From NCBI RefSeq assembly GCF_036321535.1, contig NC_087443.1, positions 76,756,001 to 76,820,000 of the forward strand: 64,000 bases of DNA, read 5' to 3'. Source of the DNA: Camelus dromedarius (Eukaryota). The position numbers and the translations under genes were made by a program. Every line of letters starts with the position of its first letter. Position 1 is the first letter of the stretch. Below are positions 26,680 to 38,259 of the stretch, one piece after another. The notes under the pieces are model-generated. The model made no database searches. It was given only the letters and a program-made list of their open reading frames with translations, and was not told the DNA's origin.

Positions 26680-27080
26680 AATTTTAAAAAACAGATAAAA
26701 GAGCAGTGTTTGAATAGTGTATATTTTCCTCTGTTCAAGTATGTAATATTGATTACGAGTTAAGTGAACATGACAAAAGTGTCTTGATGAATAACAGTGC
26801 TGAAGTCTGGGGTAGTAGAGAGCTCAACAGTGTATATACGTGTGTATAATTTTGTATTTGTGGCTGAACAACCTGCCCATCTATCAGGAGGGGATGAGGG
26901 AACAAGTTATGGTTTATCCCGACTGCAGAATATTCCGCAGCTGTTAACAAAGAACACGGTAGCTCTGTTTGGAGTTGACATTAGTTGATGTGACATGAAT
27001 GTTGTATATAGTCAGTGAAAAGTTTATGGAATATTGTGTGTGAAATACCACTTTTGTTCAAAAAGATAAAGGTGACACAC
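26680..27080 (+). mobile_element. Old L1 remnant
   Basis: TTATGGTTTATCC..GAATATTCCGCAGCTGTTAACAAAGAA resembles the L1 3' region. Confidence 0.5.
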
Positions 27081-28913
27081 CCACCCTCGGGTACAGTAAT
27101 GACAGAATTGTGATCCTGACTTGTGTGGAGGGAAACCGAGGGACGTCGGGGGATGTGTGAGGCTGCATCATGGCCACACTGTCGTGACAAGAGCTGTTTC
27201 TGATCTCAGCCTCGGCGGGCAGGGGCCAGCCTATGGAAATCAAGGGCAGCCAGGCCGGGGATCTTGGAGCAGAGTTACTGGTTTATCCCGACGATGCTGC
27301 CTCTGGTAGGAAGGCCCTGGCCGCTTAGGGGGTGAGAATGGCGCGGATCACTCATAAAGTCCACGAATGGAGTTGTGACCCCTGCCCAGCGCCCCAAGAA
27401 TGTACAGGGAAGCCGTGTTGGTGCAGCCCTGCCCAGGCACTGCCTGTGTGGTTGTGCAGGGTGATTTTCTACCACTCTGGGGCTGGCAGGATGCTGCCCA
27501 GTTTGTAGAAAAGGAGCCTGAGGCTCAGAGAGGTGACAGGATTTGCCCAAAGCCACCTCATGAGGAAGGAGAGTGGGGGCCAGCACCCTTCCCTAAAAAA
27601 TGGTAGATGTCAGCTCTGGTGTGTGAGGGCCTGGGTTTCGAGCCTCAGCTCCGCCCTGTTGTTGTAATATGGTCTCAGGCAAGCGCCTCAGCCTTTTTGT
27701 GCCTCAGTTTCCCACCTGTAACACCTGTGTCATGGGGCGTAAGAGTTGAGTCAGACATTTCCTTTTAAACCAACACTTTACTTGGTCCCCGTCTGGGAGC
27801 CAGAGGAGCATTTTGTTGCCTGAAGGGTCAGTTAATGGTGAAGAGATGGTTATTTTACGAATAAGAAGATAAGAAGAGTTTCAGTTGAAATTCATGCAAA
27901 TTCAAAACAAAATCGCTCAGCTCTGCCCAGGGAATTGTATTTTTCTCATTTGTATATATTTTCATGAGGGCAGTATTAAAGGGTTCTTGTCCAAGATGTG
28001 CCCCTGGCAAGTCACTTGGCCCCTCCAAACCCCAGGTCCTCATCTGCAGATGGGAACATTGACCCATTTCTCAGTCCGTCTCTAGGATTCATCATGAGCA
28101 TGTGAGGGACATGGGGGTCAGCGGGAGGCAGCCATTCACGGGGAGCTGCTGTAACTACTGTGGGGGCTCCCTCTGTCCTGGGTGCCCCTGGGATGTCTGC
28201 CAGGACAGTTCAGCCCTGAGTTTTTACCCCAGGCTCCCTTTGCTGGATTGAACTTTACCCTCTTCCTTAACAGTGCCCCTGGATGAGGCTCTCTGGCTTC
28301 ATCTAGCAGACCTCCCTTACCTGCTGGCTCCTTCTGCTGTCCTGGGCTCCCTGGGCGTCTGGCTTCCTGTCCGACAACCTGCCTAGAGGGTCCCGATGTC
28401 CCCAGCACCCAGTACCTGGCTTACCATAGGTGTGGTTGTCGTTGTCAGCACCATCGTCTTCACTGTCATTCCTTGAGTATTTGCAGTGTACCAGGTGCTT
28501 CACTATAGTCCTATCAAGTAGTGACTGCTAGTGCCCCATTTTACAGATGTGAAAACTAAGGTTGGAGAGGGTTAGGTAACAAGCCTTGGCCACACAGGAA
28601 GGAGGTGGCAGAGGTGCTGTGCGTGTGTCGTCTCCCACAGGGCAGGCTTCCACCTTATCCTGAGAATGACTGGCCTCTGTCCCCTGCAGCTCTTAAACAC
28701 TTGACCACCTGTGACCGCGCTCAGGGGAGGACGGGCTAGTGGCTGACCTCCCAAGGTTGAGGAGTGGTCCAAAGAACCCATAATGCCTGGAAACGTGTCC
28801 TCAGGCACTTCTTGTCGCTCTGGGCCTCAGTCTCCCCCTCTGTGAAATGAGCCGCTGGGTTGGACAGTCTTGAAGTTCTCCTCTGGTTTCTAGATTCCCA
28901 TGCACTTGATTCT

Positions 28914-30040
28914 TCCTTTTTTTCTTTTTTCTTTTTCTTGTTTAATTGAAGTAGAGTTGATTTACAATGTTGTGTCAGTTTCTGGTGTACAGCATAATGT
29001 TTCAGTTATACATATATGTACATATATTCCTTTTCACATTCTTTTTCATTATAGGTTACTATAAGATACTGAATATAGTTCCCTGTGCTATTCAGAAGAA
29101 ATGTGTTGTTTATCTGTTTTATATATAGTAGTTAGTATCTGCAAATCTGGAACTCCCGGTTTATCCCTTCCTACCTTCTCCCCTGATAACCATAAGTTTG
29201 TTCTCTTGTGAGTCTGTTTCTATTTTGTAAATAAGTTCATTTGTGTCATGTTTTAAGATTCTACATATAGATGATATCATATGGTATTTTTCTTTCTCTT
29301 TATAACTTACTTCACTTAGAATGATTATCTCTAGGTCCATCCATATCGCTGCAAATNNNNNNNNNNNNNNNNNNNNNNNNNNNNNNNNNNNNNNNNNNNN
29401 NNNNNNNNNNNNNNNNNNNNNNNNNNNNNNNNNNNNNNNNNNNNNNNNNNNNNNNNNNNNNNNNNNNNNNNNNNNNNNNNNNNNNNNNNNNNNNNNNNNN
29501 NNNNNNNNNNNNNNNNNNNNNNNNNNNNNNNNNNNNNNNNNNNNTTTTTGAATTAAGGTTCCCTCTGGTTATATGGCTAGGAGTGGGACTGCTGGATCAT
29601 ATGGTTAGTCTATTTTTAGTTTTTTAAGGATTCTCCATACTGTTTTCCATAACTGCTGCACCAAACTACATTCCCACCAGCAGTATAAGAGGGCTCCCTT
29701 TTCTCCACACTCTCTCTAGCATTTATCGTTTGTGGACTTTTTAATGATGGCCATTCTGACCAGTGTGAGGTGATACCTCATTGTAGTTTTGATATGCATT
29801 TCTTTGATAATTAGCGATAGTGAGTATTTTTTCATGTGCTTATTGGCTATTTATATGTCTTCATTGGAGAATTGCTTGTTTAGTTCTGCCCATTTTTGGA
29901 TTGGGTTCTTTGTTTTTTGGTTATTGTATGAGCTGTTTGTATATTCTAGGAATTAAGCCCTTGTCAGTCGCACCATTTGCAAATATATTCTCCCATTCCA
30001 TAGGCTGTCCTTTTGTTTTGTTTATGGTTTTCCTTGCTGT
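28914..30040 (-). mobile_element. Relatively young 5'-truncated L1 (ORF2 end plus 3' UTR), contains an assembly gap
   Basis: TSD CCATG(C/T)ACTTGATTCT at 28898-28913 and 30041-30056 (15/16); poly-T tail; recognisable L1 3' sequence. Confidence 0.9.
29357..29544. other. Assembly gap (188 N) inside the L1
   Basis: N run. Confidence 1.
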
Positions 30041-33000
30041 CCATGTACTTGATTCTAAATTGTGTTTATTAATAAATAGTAAAGTGACGTTGTGGGCAAT
30101 GCTTGTCCCTTTGATCTGAGCTCAGAGGCTCAGGCAAGTCAGAGAGAGAAGCTACTAGATGACAGCTCAGGCGGCCTGGGCATGGTGGGGTGTGCCATGT
30201 GTTCCATAAGGGCCCTGGCTTTGGGGTCTGCCCCATGTGTATTTGACCTCATTGTTGCCCCCAAGGTCATGGGTTGGCTGGCCTGGACTGGACTGAGAGG
30301 CTTAGCCAGGGCCAGCTACGTGCGTCATTGCCTCTCATGTTCTTTCTCTTCTCTCTGTCCTGACTTTGGACTCCATTCCTTGTCTGGACTCTGACGACAC
30401 ACTGCCCAGCAGAGTATCAGATGGAGAGTGGGGCGGGACCTAAGGGACGTCACTGCTGGCCATCAGCCTAGCCAAAAGGTCTGCTCTGGTGGGGCCAGTG
30501 GAAAGAAGGGGGAGTCACAGCCAGAGCTCCTGGCAGAGGCCCTTCCCAGGCCCCTCAGTGTGCATGGTCCGGTGGGGATGCTAGCACGTGGCAGGGCTCA
30601 TGGTGTGTCCTGTGTGCCCCACCCTGGAGAGCCAGAAGACTACATGGTACCGTTATCCCGTTTCATGAGCAGGACTCAAGACCCCCAGGCGTCTGGCCTG
30701 TGGATGTGCGGCCAAGGGCATGGGCCAGGTGCAGGTGCAGGACCCCAGCTGGGGAGCCAGACCTGTTCTCACAGGGGCAAAAGCCTTTCTGTTGCTGCTG
30801 CAGCCACAGGCAGCTCCCTGACCCCGAGCTGATGCCCATCATCTGGGCACACAGGGAGCTGGACCAGGTCCCTCCCTGAATCAACGTGGGAGCCCCTTGG
30901 TCTCTGTGAATGACTGTATTTTTCTACTGCAGAACCTTCCCTGCTCTGTTCATAGGCTCCTGTTTGATCTTCTAGTTTAAAAATTGGGTTCTTGGAACAA
31001 ATATGCAAGTTTCAATTTTCCAAATATGTGTTTTCAGTCTCCATGGCTTTCTCAAAGGGAAGCAGCTGAAGATCTCAAAGGCAGGCAGCGGCTGGCGCTG
31101 CCCGGGAGCCCTGTTGCGTGACAAGATCTTGATACCAATGGACTGGGCGGCTGAGACGAATGTTCTCTGAGGATCTTGGTTGAGCGCTGCCGCCTGCGTT
31201 TCAGTTCATAATGACCCTCTGAAGTGTTGTGGGTGTCCTTTCCCTCCTGGAAAAACCAAGGCATAAAGTTTTATTTATCTGCAGCTCTGGGCCTTTCGGT
31301 AGTAGCAGGGACCTTCCACCCTACCAGGTAGCATCCTGAGTTGTGGCCACAGGGGCAGAACGGCTGTGGATCAGGGAGACAGGAATGAGGGGAAACACCC
31401 CTCCCCTCCCCCACACTCCCCTTCCCTTTTGGTGAGTTTCTCACCCAGGAGAGGGTTCCAGGTTACTGAAGTAGAGGTGGCCCTGGCCTCGGTAGGAGAC
31501 CAGAATTCCAGCCCAGAGCAGGGCCTGTGGGCCTCACACAGCTCTTTTGAAGACCAGCCCAGGGATGAGCAAATCAAAAAAGGTAAATCCAGCTTTCTCT
31601 GTGATGGCGAGAAAGTCACCCATCCCCTCTGGGCGCTAACCTCATTTGTCACTTCAAGTGTGACCTGCTAGTCCGTGGCCTTACCTTCCCACCCAGGAAC
31701 CCACCCAACTTGAGGCCTTCTCCCCTCCACTGTCCTGTAAGGGTCTCGCCCCTGTTGAGGGGCGGGGGAAGCGTGGAATTTGGAGTCATGATTAGTCTGG
31801 TCTCTCAGACCCTCCACACGTTCCCCCCTCAGGTGCTCCTTGGAAGCCCAGGTGGGTGCAAGGGAGGGGAGGTCCTGGCAACTGCGGGCCTCTCTACTTT
31901 AGCTGCTTGGTAACAGGTGGCTGGGGTGAGGTGCGCGAGCGCCCCAACCTGCTCTGAGCAAATAGGGCAGGTAGAGTGGGGAACGATGCCTAGCCACTGG
32001 CAAGTGTTCTCAGCTCACATTCAGTAGGCACCTCCCGTGGGCCAGGCCCGAGCAGGCACGTTGCAGGTCTCATGGGAGCCTCACGGGGTGAGATCGATGC
32101 TATTATCGTCCCCATTTTCCAGATGAAGAAACTGAGCCACTGAGAGAATAAATAGCTCGCTGGAGGTCCCACAGCCATTAAGTGGCAGAGCTGGGACCCA
32201 GCCCACAGTCGTCATACTCTGAAGCACCTGGTCACCACTTGGCCACCTGGCCCTCTGCTCAGTAGCAGAGTGCCTCTCTTACACATTTGTTCCTCAGCCT
32301 GCAGAAAGGAGTCCCTTGCTCTGGCATCGTGTGTATAGGCCCATCCTCTTGTCTGCCTGCCTGGGCTCATCCTGCTCACTGTGCTTTCTCCTCTGGAATT
32401 CTCTAGAAATCTTGCACCAGAAAGGATTAGAGACAGACGCTAGAGCAGTGGTGAAGCAGTGTTGCCCATGGGCAGGACTGGCAGTGAGCATGGAGTTTCT
32501 TCCCGAGGTTCTCTGGGTACCAGAATAACTTGGTTCCATCACCAGGCGGGCCCATCACAGCTGGAATTTCGATCAGTTAGGTGCTTCTCACAGAAAAGCT
32601 TTGCTGTGCTTCAAGGGCTGTGACAGCCAAGCAGGAAGTGGATGGGTTCTGCCTGGGTAGGGAAAGGGGTCTGGGGGGGCTTCCTGGAGGAGGGGACATA
32701 TGAACCAGGCTTTGAAGGATGAGTAGGATTTGCCCACAGGGGAGGGTGAAGACAAAGACTCAAGGTGATCAGAGGGCCTTCTGGGTCAGATGAAGGTGAC
32801 AGATTCCCAAAGGCTGGAGTGGGGTGGGGAGACGGACGCAGCTAGGAGGGGCCTTGTCTAGGGCATCCTCCTTGTCCCCTGCCCAGCTGCTGCTTGGCGA
32901 GCCTAGAGGGCAGCAGGCTGTGGAGCTGTGCCAAGGTCAGTCAGGATGTCCAGTAATCGTCCTAGCACTCTACCTGCTACGGAACGATAATGAGAGGGTT

Positions 33001-33559
33001 TCCATTATTTTCGGGTGAGCGCCCCTGGCAGATGCCGACAGCCAGCAGATGTGTGAGGTCTGAGGTGATTTGCAAGGGACCGGTTCATATGATGCACGGT
33101 AATTGCACCAGGCGACGTTGTCACTCAGAGCTTGTCCCGGCCTCCGGGATGAGGTAAAGGTCAGTTCAAAGATCTGGTGTGGCCACAAGAAGTAGGGGCA
33201 AGTCCCCACCCTCTCGGGAGACCCAGGGAGGGTGCAGTGGACTGAGGCGGAGGCCATAGTCTCAGAAGGGCTGTCTGACCCAAGCCTCACTGCCAGGGCC
33301 CTGCGGTGGGCCCCCTCTTCCGAGGGTTCTTGGGTGTTGGGGTTCGGGATGACATGGCCTGTCCCAGAGCTGGGCCCATCCCGATGCCAGAATCTCTGGA
33401 CTTCGCTCCCCCTGGGGGGCCCTTTGCAGGCCGTGTCACAGCTGAAGCCACACCTGGCTTGGGCTTTCCTGACATTGAATTTGTGTGTTCCAGGCCTCCC
33501 TAGGCTGAATCTGACATCTGGCAGCAGACCCCTCCAGGAGATGCCGAGGGCTTGGTTCC

Positions 33560-33897
33560 TGTTTCATCTGCTGCAGCAGACTACTGCAGCCTGGGGGGCT
33601 TAACAACGGAAGTTCACCTTCCTGCAGCTCTGAAGCCCGGGCATCCAGGATCGAGGTGCCAGCAGGGCGGCTTTTTGGCCAGAGTCCTCCTCCTGGCTTG
33701 AAGGGGGCCGCTGTCTTGCTCTGTCCTGATTTGGCCTCTTCTCTGTGCTGGCAGAGAGAGCTCTGGTGTCTCTTCCTGTAGGGACACTAATCCCATCATA
33801 TCATGGCCCCACCCTTATGACCTCATTGAACTTTCCTTACCTCCTTAGGGATTCAGCATATGACTTTGTGGGAGGGCCACAATTCAGCTCGTAGCAC
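33560..33897 (-). mobile_element. MLT1 (MaLR) solo LTR
   Basis: Reverse complement begins TGCTACGAGCTGAATTGTGGCCCTCCCACAAAGTCATATGCTGAATCCCTAA. Confidence 0.75.
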
Positions 33898-36882
33898 TGG
33901 ACATTCAGGGCACCCCGGTCAGTGCTGACCCACCTTTTCACACTTTCCGTCCTGCTAGCACACACAGCCTCCCCTCCTGTGGTGTCAGTTTCCCTTCCAG
34001 CGAGGAGGAGCTGGGCCTTGCCTGGGCACGGTGCTTCCCGTACTGGGAAAGCGCCAGCGCCTTGGCTCCCTGGAGCCAGGGAGCCAGGGCCTCGCCCGCC
34101 GCCCGCCACCTCATCCTCAGTTGTGGCCTTGTGGGCTTCACTCCTGACAAGCTGCATGACCTTCTCAGGTCTCTGGTTCCTGGAGTCTCTGTTTCCTTGT
34201 CTCTGGAATGCGGATCATGGTTCTCACCCCCTCAGCACATGCTCAACACCCCCTGTGCTCCAGGCACCTGGCCCTGGGGGTGCTCATAGGGGACACAGAC
34301 CTTGTGGCTCTGCCCTCAGGGAGTGAGGATGAAAGCAGATCACAGCATGGAGCCCAAGGCAAGGCTCAGGGTGATGTCGTATTCATGCTTCACTCCTTTA
34401 ATAATCATAATGAACACGTGCTATTTTCAGTAATTAAGAAAAATGAAGAGAGGACCTGGGACTTGTCCCAAGCGGTCACAAACTCCAAAGAGGCTGCGGC
34501 CAGGGCACGAATGAACAGACCCACAGGGAGGGGCCTTCCCCAGGCTCTTCCCACCGGGTGTTCCAAGGATGGAATTAATCCTAAAGCTAGTGCTTTGGTT
34601 TTAAAGCATGTGTTTTGGATGAACTCACGTTGGTGTTCCAGGGGAGAGCAGTGGCTCAGGTGTCCTGAAGTGAGTTCCGTTATTTACTCATTTTTTTATG
34701 GGCACGGAAGTTGTGTTTGGAATAGCAGATGTGAGGCACTGTCATCTCGCTGTCACACCGATTGCTCACTGTTCTGAGAAGGTCACAACGTAATCCATTA
34801 GCAATAATTAGTCCCCCGGCACCCCCTGCACTTCTTCTCTCAACTGCTCCATTAACTTGGATGCGAATCACACATCCCGGGTGCCAATCAGTGAAGATCT
34901 GTCCGTAATGTACAAGGTGGTGCTATTAGTTACAATATATTAACTGCCTAATTTAAAAATACAAAAGCTGTCTTTATGAAGGGCAATTAAGCACTAAACG
35001 TAATTGATAATTCATAACCCTCTGATTAGAAAAGACAAATACTAAGAAAGGACTGAATCACCTGGGTTATTGATTCCGACATTGTCAGCCTCTCTGTCTG
35101 CATTCACCCCATTGTCAGTTGATCTATCAATTTGTTCCCAAATCACACCTGCCGGCTCCAGTGCTCGGAGGGTCTGGAGGCTCGTGATAAGGTGGGAGTG
35201 CATGTTTTCACCACTGAATCCTGTCTGTTTCCATCGGGGCTTGTGAGGGGGCTGCAAGCCCAGAATACCCTCCAGGGGAAGCAGTAGGTGTCCTAAGGAA
35301 GGAGTCATCTCACAGCTGTCATCTGGATTTTCCATCACTCAGTCATCAGCAAACGCTTTTTGGGGGCCTGATGTGCACTAAGCCCTGTGTGAAGCACTGG
35401 GGATGCTGAGGAGTGTGGAACGGACCCCCTTCCTGACCTCATGGAGCACATGGGTCCAGGGGAGAGATGACGGACAAATGCATAAATGAGATGATTGGAG
35501 ATACTGTTTCTTCTTAGAAAGAAAAAGGTAGAGACAGAGCGGGGGCAGCATCACACAGGATGGTCAGAGAAGGGGACATTGGACAGACCATCCACCTTTT
35601 CCCTAAGGTTTCCCCAGCCTCTGGACTTGCAGCCTGGTATCTTCCAAGACCCCCCACTGTGCTCTCTGCAGATGCAAGATATGATGGCTCCCTCACTGTG
35701 GCTGGGGTTTATCCAGGGAGAGCTGTGTGCTCTGGGCCAGGCCTGTGTGGCTGGCCCACCTCTTCCCACCTCTCCCGGCCTGCTGGTTGCCTTGCTTGGG
35801 GTCCCTCCAGCCTCCTCTCCTGCGCAGCCAGGCCCGCAGCACTGACTGTTTCCGGGTCCCCTTTCCTTCTGCTGGTCACTGTTCTTTTGCCTTCTTGCTT
35901 GCCTTCAGGTCTCAGCTCCTGGGCTGTCTCCCGGAGGAGGCCTCCCCGACCTTCCCACCCTCCCTGGCCACCCTGTCTCTTCTCCCATTTGATCCTTCCC
36001 AGCACCTCTCCTGTCTCCATCACCAATCCTCCTTCCTTTGTGCAGTTTCCCACTGAACCCACCTGCTGAGGGTCCCGGGGACAGAGAGCTCACCCATGGG
36101 CACTGTTGCAATTCCGTGCACCCAGCCAGGCACTCAGTGGGTGCTCAGTAGCTGCCTGTAGAAGGTCCAGTGTTATTTCATGGAGGCATCTTCAGATATC
36201 TGCTTTGTCAGCCTTTCGTTCAGAGAACCTGCCTGGGTGCAGCCAGGACGTGGAGCCTCCCGTGAGCTTGGACGGGAAGGATGTCAGTGCGGCCAGTGTT
36301 TTGCGACATCCCTGGCTTACGTCACGTTAACTCACCTGTGTGCCTGACAACTCTGTCTGCACACTTTTCTTTAGTGACAGTGATGAGAAAACACACCTCA
36401 GCTTAGTCCCTTGGCCCTTGTACTTTTGGGAAATAGGGATACAGAGTTAAGGCGAGGCATACTCAGCTCAGATGCTAAGTGGAAATGCTCATTGTGGTGG
36501 GAGGTCCAGAGGGGCGGCCAGGACAGTTGGAGGTGTCCTCCAGCCAGGCTCAGCGGCGTGGTGTGGTGCAGGAAGTTGTCGAGAGTGGGTCTTGGAAGGT
36601 GGGAGAATTGGCAGCGTATTCCAGGTGGAGGGGTGGGGATGTGTCCCAGGTAGGCAGGGAGGCCTGGGCAGAGGTCAGGTGGGAACCTGGGGAGTCTCAG
36701 GTGTGCCAAGCTCAGTGAGGGTGAGAAGGCGGCTGTGGAGTCTGCTCCAGCTGAGAATCCCCAGCCTGAACACGCCGGGTCAGCCGAGGCCCAGCTCAGG
36801 GCCTGGTCTGCCCTGGACCGTGCCCATTGCCCTTGGAAGAGTGCCCATCCAGCCCCTTCCCCAGGGGGCCACGTACTCCGCG

Positions 36883-36920
36883 TACTGACAGCCCCTCCAC
36901 CTACTGACAGCCCCTCCACC
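36883..36920 (+). repeat. Perfect 2 x 19-bp tandem duplication TACTGACAGCCCCTCCACC
   Basis: Units at 36883-36901 and 36902-36920. Confidence 0.97.
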
Positions 36921-36937
36921 TGTCTCCCCACTTCCAG

Positions 36938-37125
36938 ACTGAAGCGGTCCCCGCTGAAGGTGAGATTCTGCACCAATGAGTCACAGAAGTCCCGGGGAGA
37001 CCTGGTGGGGCTGCTTCGGCGGCTGGGCTTTGACATCTCTGAGGGCGAGGTGACGGCCCCAGCCCCAGCCACCTGCCTGATCCTGAAGGAGCGAGGCCTG
37101 CGGCCACACCTGCTTGTCCATGACG
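36938..37125 (+). CDS. LHPP: LHPP exon 2 (188 nt; LKRSPLKVRFCTNESQKS...RPHLLVHD; motif II T54-N55)
   Basis: Acceptor TTCCAG|A, donor G|GTAGGC; phases fit the flanking exons. Confidence 0.96.
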
Positions 37126-37470
37126 GTAGGCTTGCGGTGCCCTGGGACCTTGTGGGGGTGAAGGCGCTTCCTTTCCAGGTGGGGGCTGGGCGGTGGGGGG
37201 GATCCTTGTCACCTGCGCCAAACCACTGGAGGGACATAGAGGTAACACCTGGCTCCTGGTGGCACCCATGGGTTTCAGGGTGGAAACCTGTGGGCTCCCT
37301 GCTGGGGACCTGGCCCCATTCATCCCCACCCCAACCTCGTACCAGACGATGCTGAGAGGCAGGTTCCAGATGGAGCCTCGGAAGAAGGCCCTGAGTTTGC
37401 TCTCTGGGACCTGGAGTGGAATGAGAGTGCAGGGAATTGTCAAGGGGGCAAAATCTCAGCTTCTGGGTGG

Positions 37471-37501
37471 GTGTGTGTGTCAGAGAGAGAGAGAGAGAGA
37501 G
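37471..37501 (+). repeat. Compound (GT)5-C-(AG)10 microsatellite
   Basis: Read directly from the sequence. Confidence 0.9.
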
Positions 37502-38259
37502 CAAGCAAGCGGATGAAGAGCTGGACTGAGGTCTGAAGGGTTCTGGGACCCGTAGGCTGAACTGTATTTGTGAGGACCAGCCCCGCTCTCCGGCAGATGG
37601 CACATGTTTACTTCCTGATTTTAGACTGAATGCAAGAAAAGAGTCCTTTGACCCTCAGAGGGGAGTTTTTCTGGAATGAAGAGGAAGGAACAATATTACC
37701 TGGTGCCTTCTGAATACTTAAAAAAGCAGAGCTATAAGCAACGCCTCAGAATTCAGGGCACTTCCCTATCGTCTCACTGAGTCCCCCTCCTTCCTTCCCC
37801 TGCACTTGGTATTTTTACTTAGAAACCTCTGGCAGAGACAGGCATGCTTTTCTGCCTCCAGGCAGCGGGGATGGGAGGGCAGTCCCAGAGATGGAGGGAG
37901 CTCCCTGGAGGTCCGGGCATCAAGTGCACAGCTCTGGTGCCAGTCAAGGGTGACATGCCCAGCCTTTAGAAATCGTGTTTCTCAAAATGCTTCCTCTGGG
38001 ATCTAGGATCCTTGCCAGTGTCTTTAGAACAGATCCTCAAAGAAAGAGAGAGACTTAAGATAGAAAATCCCCCCTCCCCAGGGCAGTGGGAGGGGCGAGG
38101 GTGGGACAACCAGAAATGAGAGGGAAACTCAGGGTTTGCCTTGAAGGTGACATTAATCAGTGAGTCCAATAGGCAGATATTAGAGCAGGAGTCGCTCTAG
38201 GAGAAGCCGGATGCCCTTCACCTGTAATTCTGCGTCTGTGTTTTCCACGGATGTACCTG

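Noticed and set aside
36398-37603. 401-aa antisense ORF across LHPP exon 2
   Set aside because: Low-complexity Pro/Ser/Gly/Arg composition, no recognisable domain, runs through a microsatellite; typical of a stop-poor GC-rich antisense frame.
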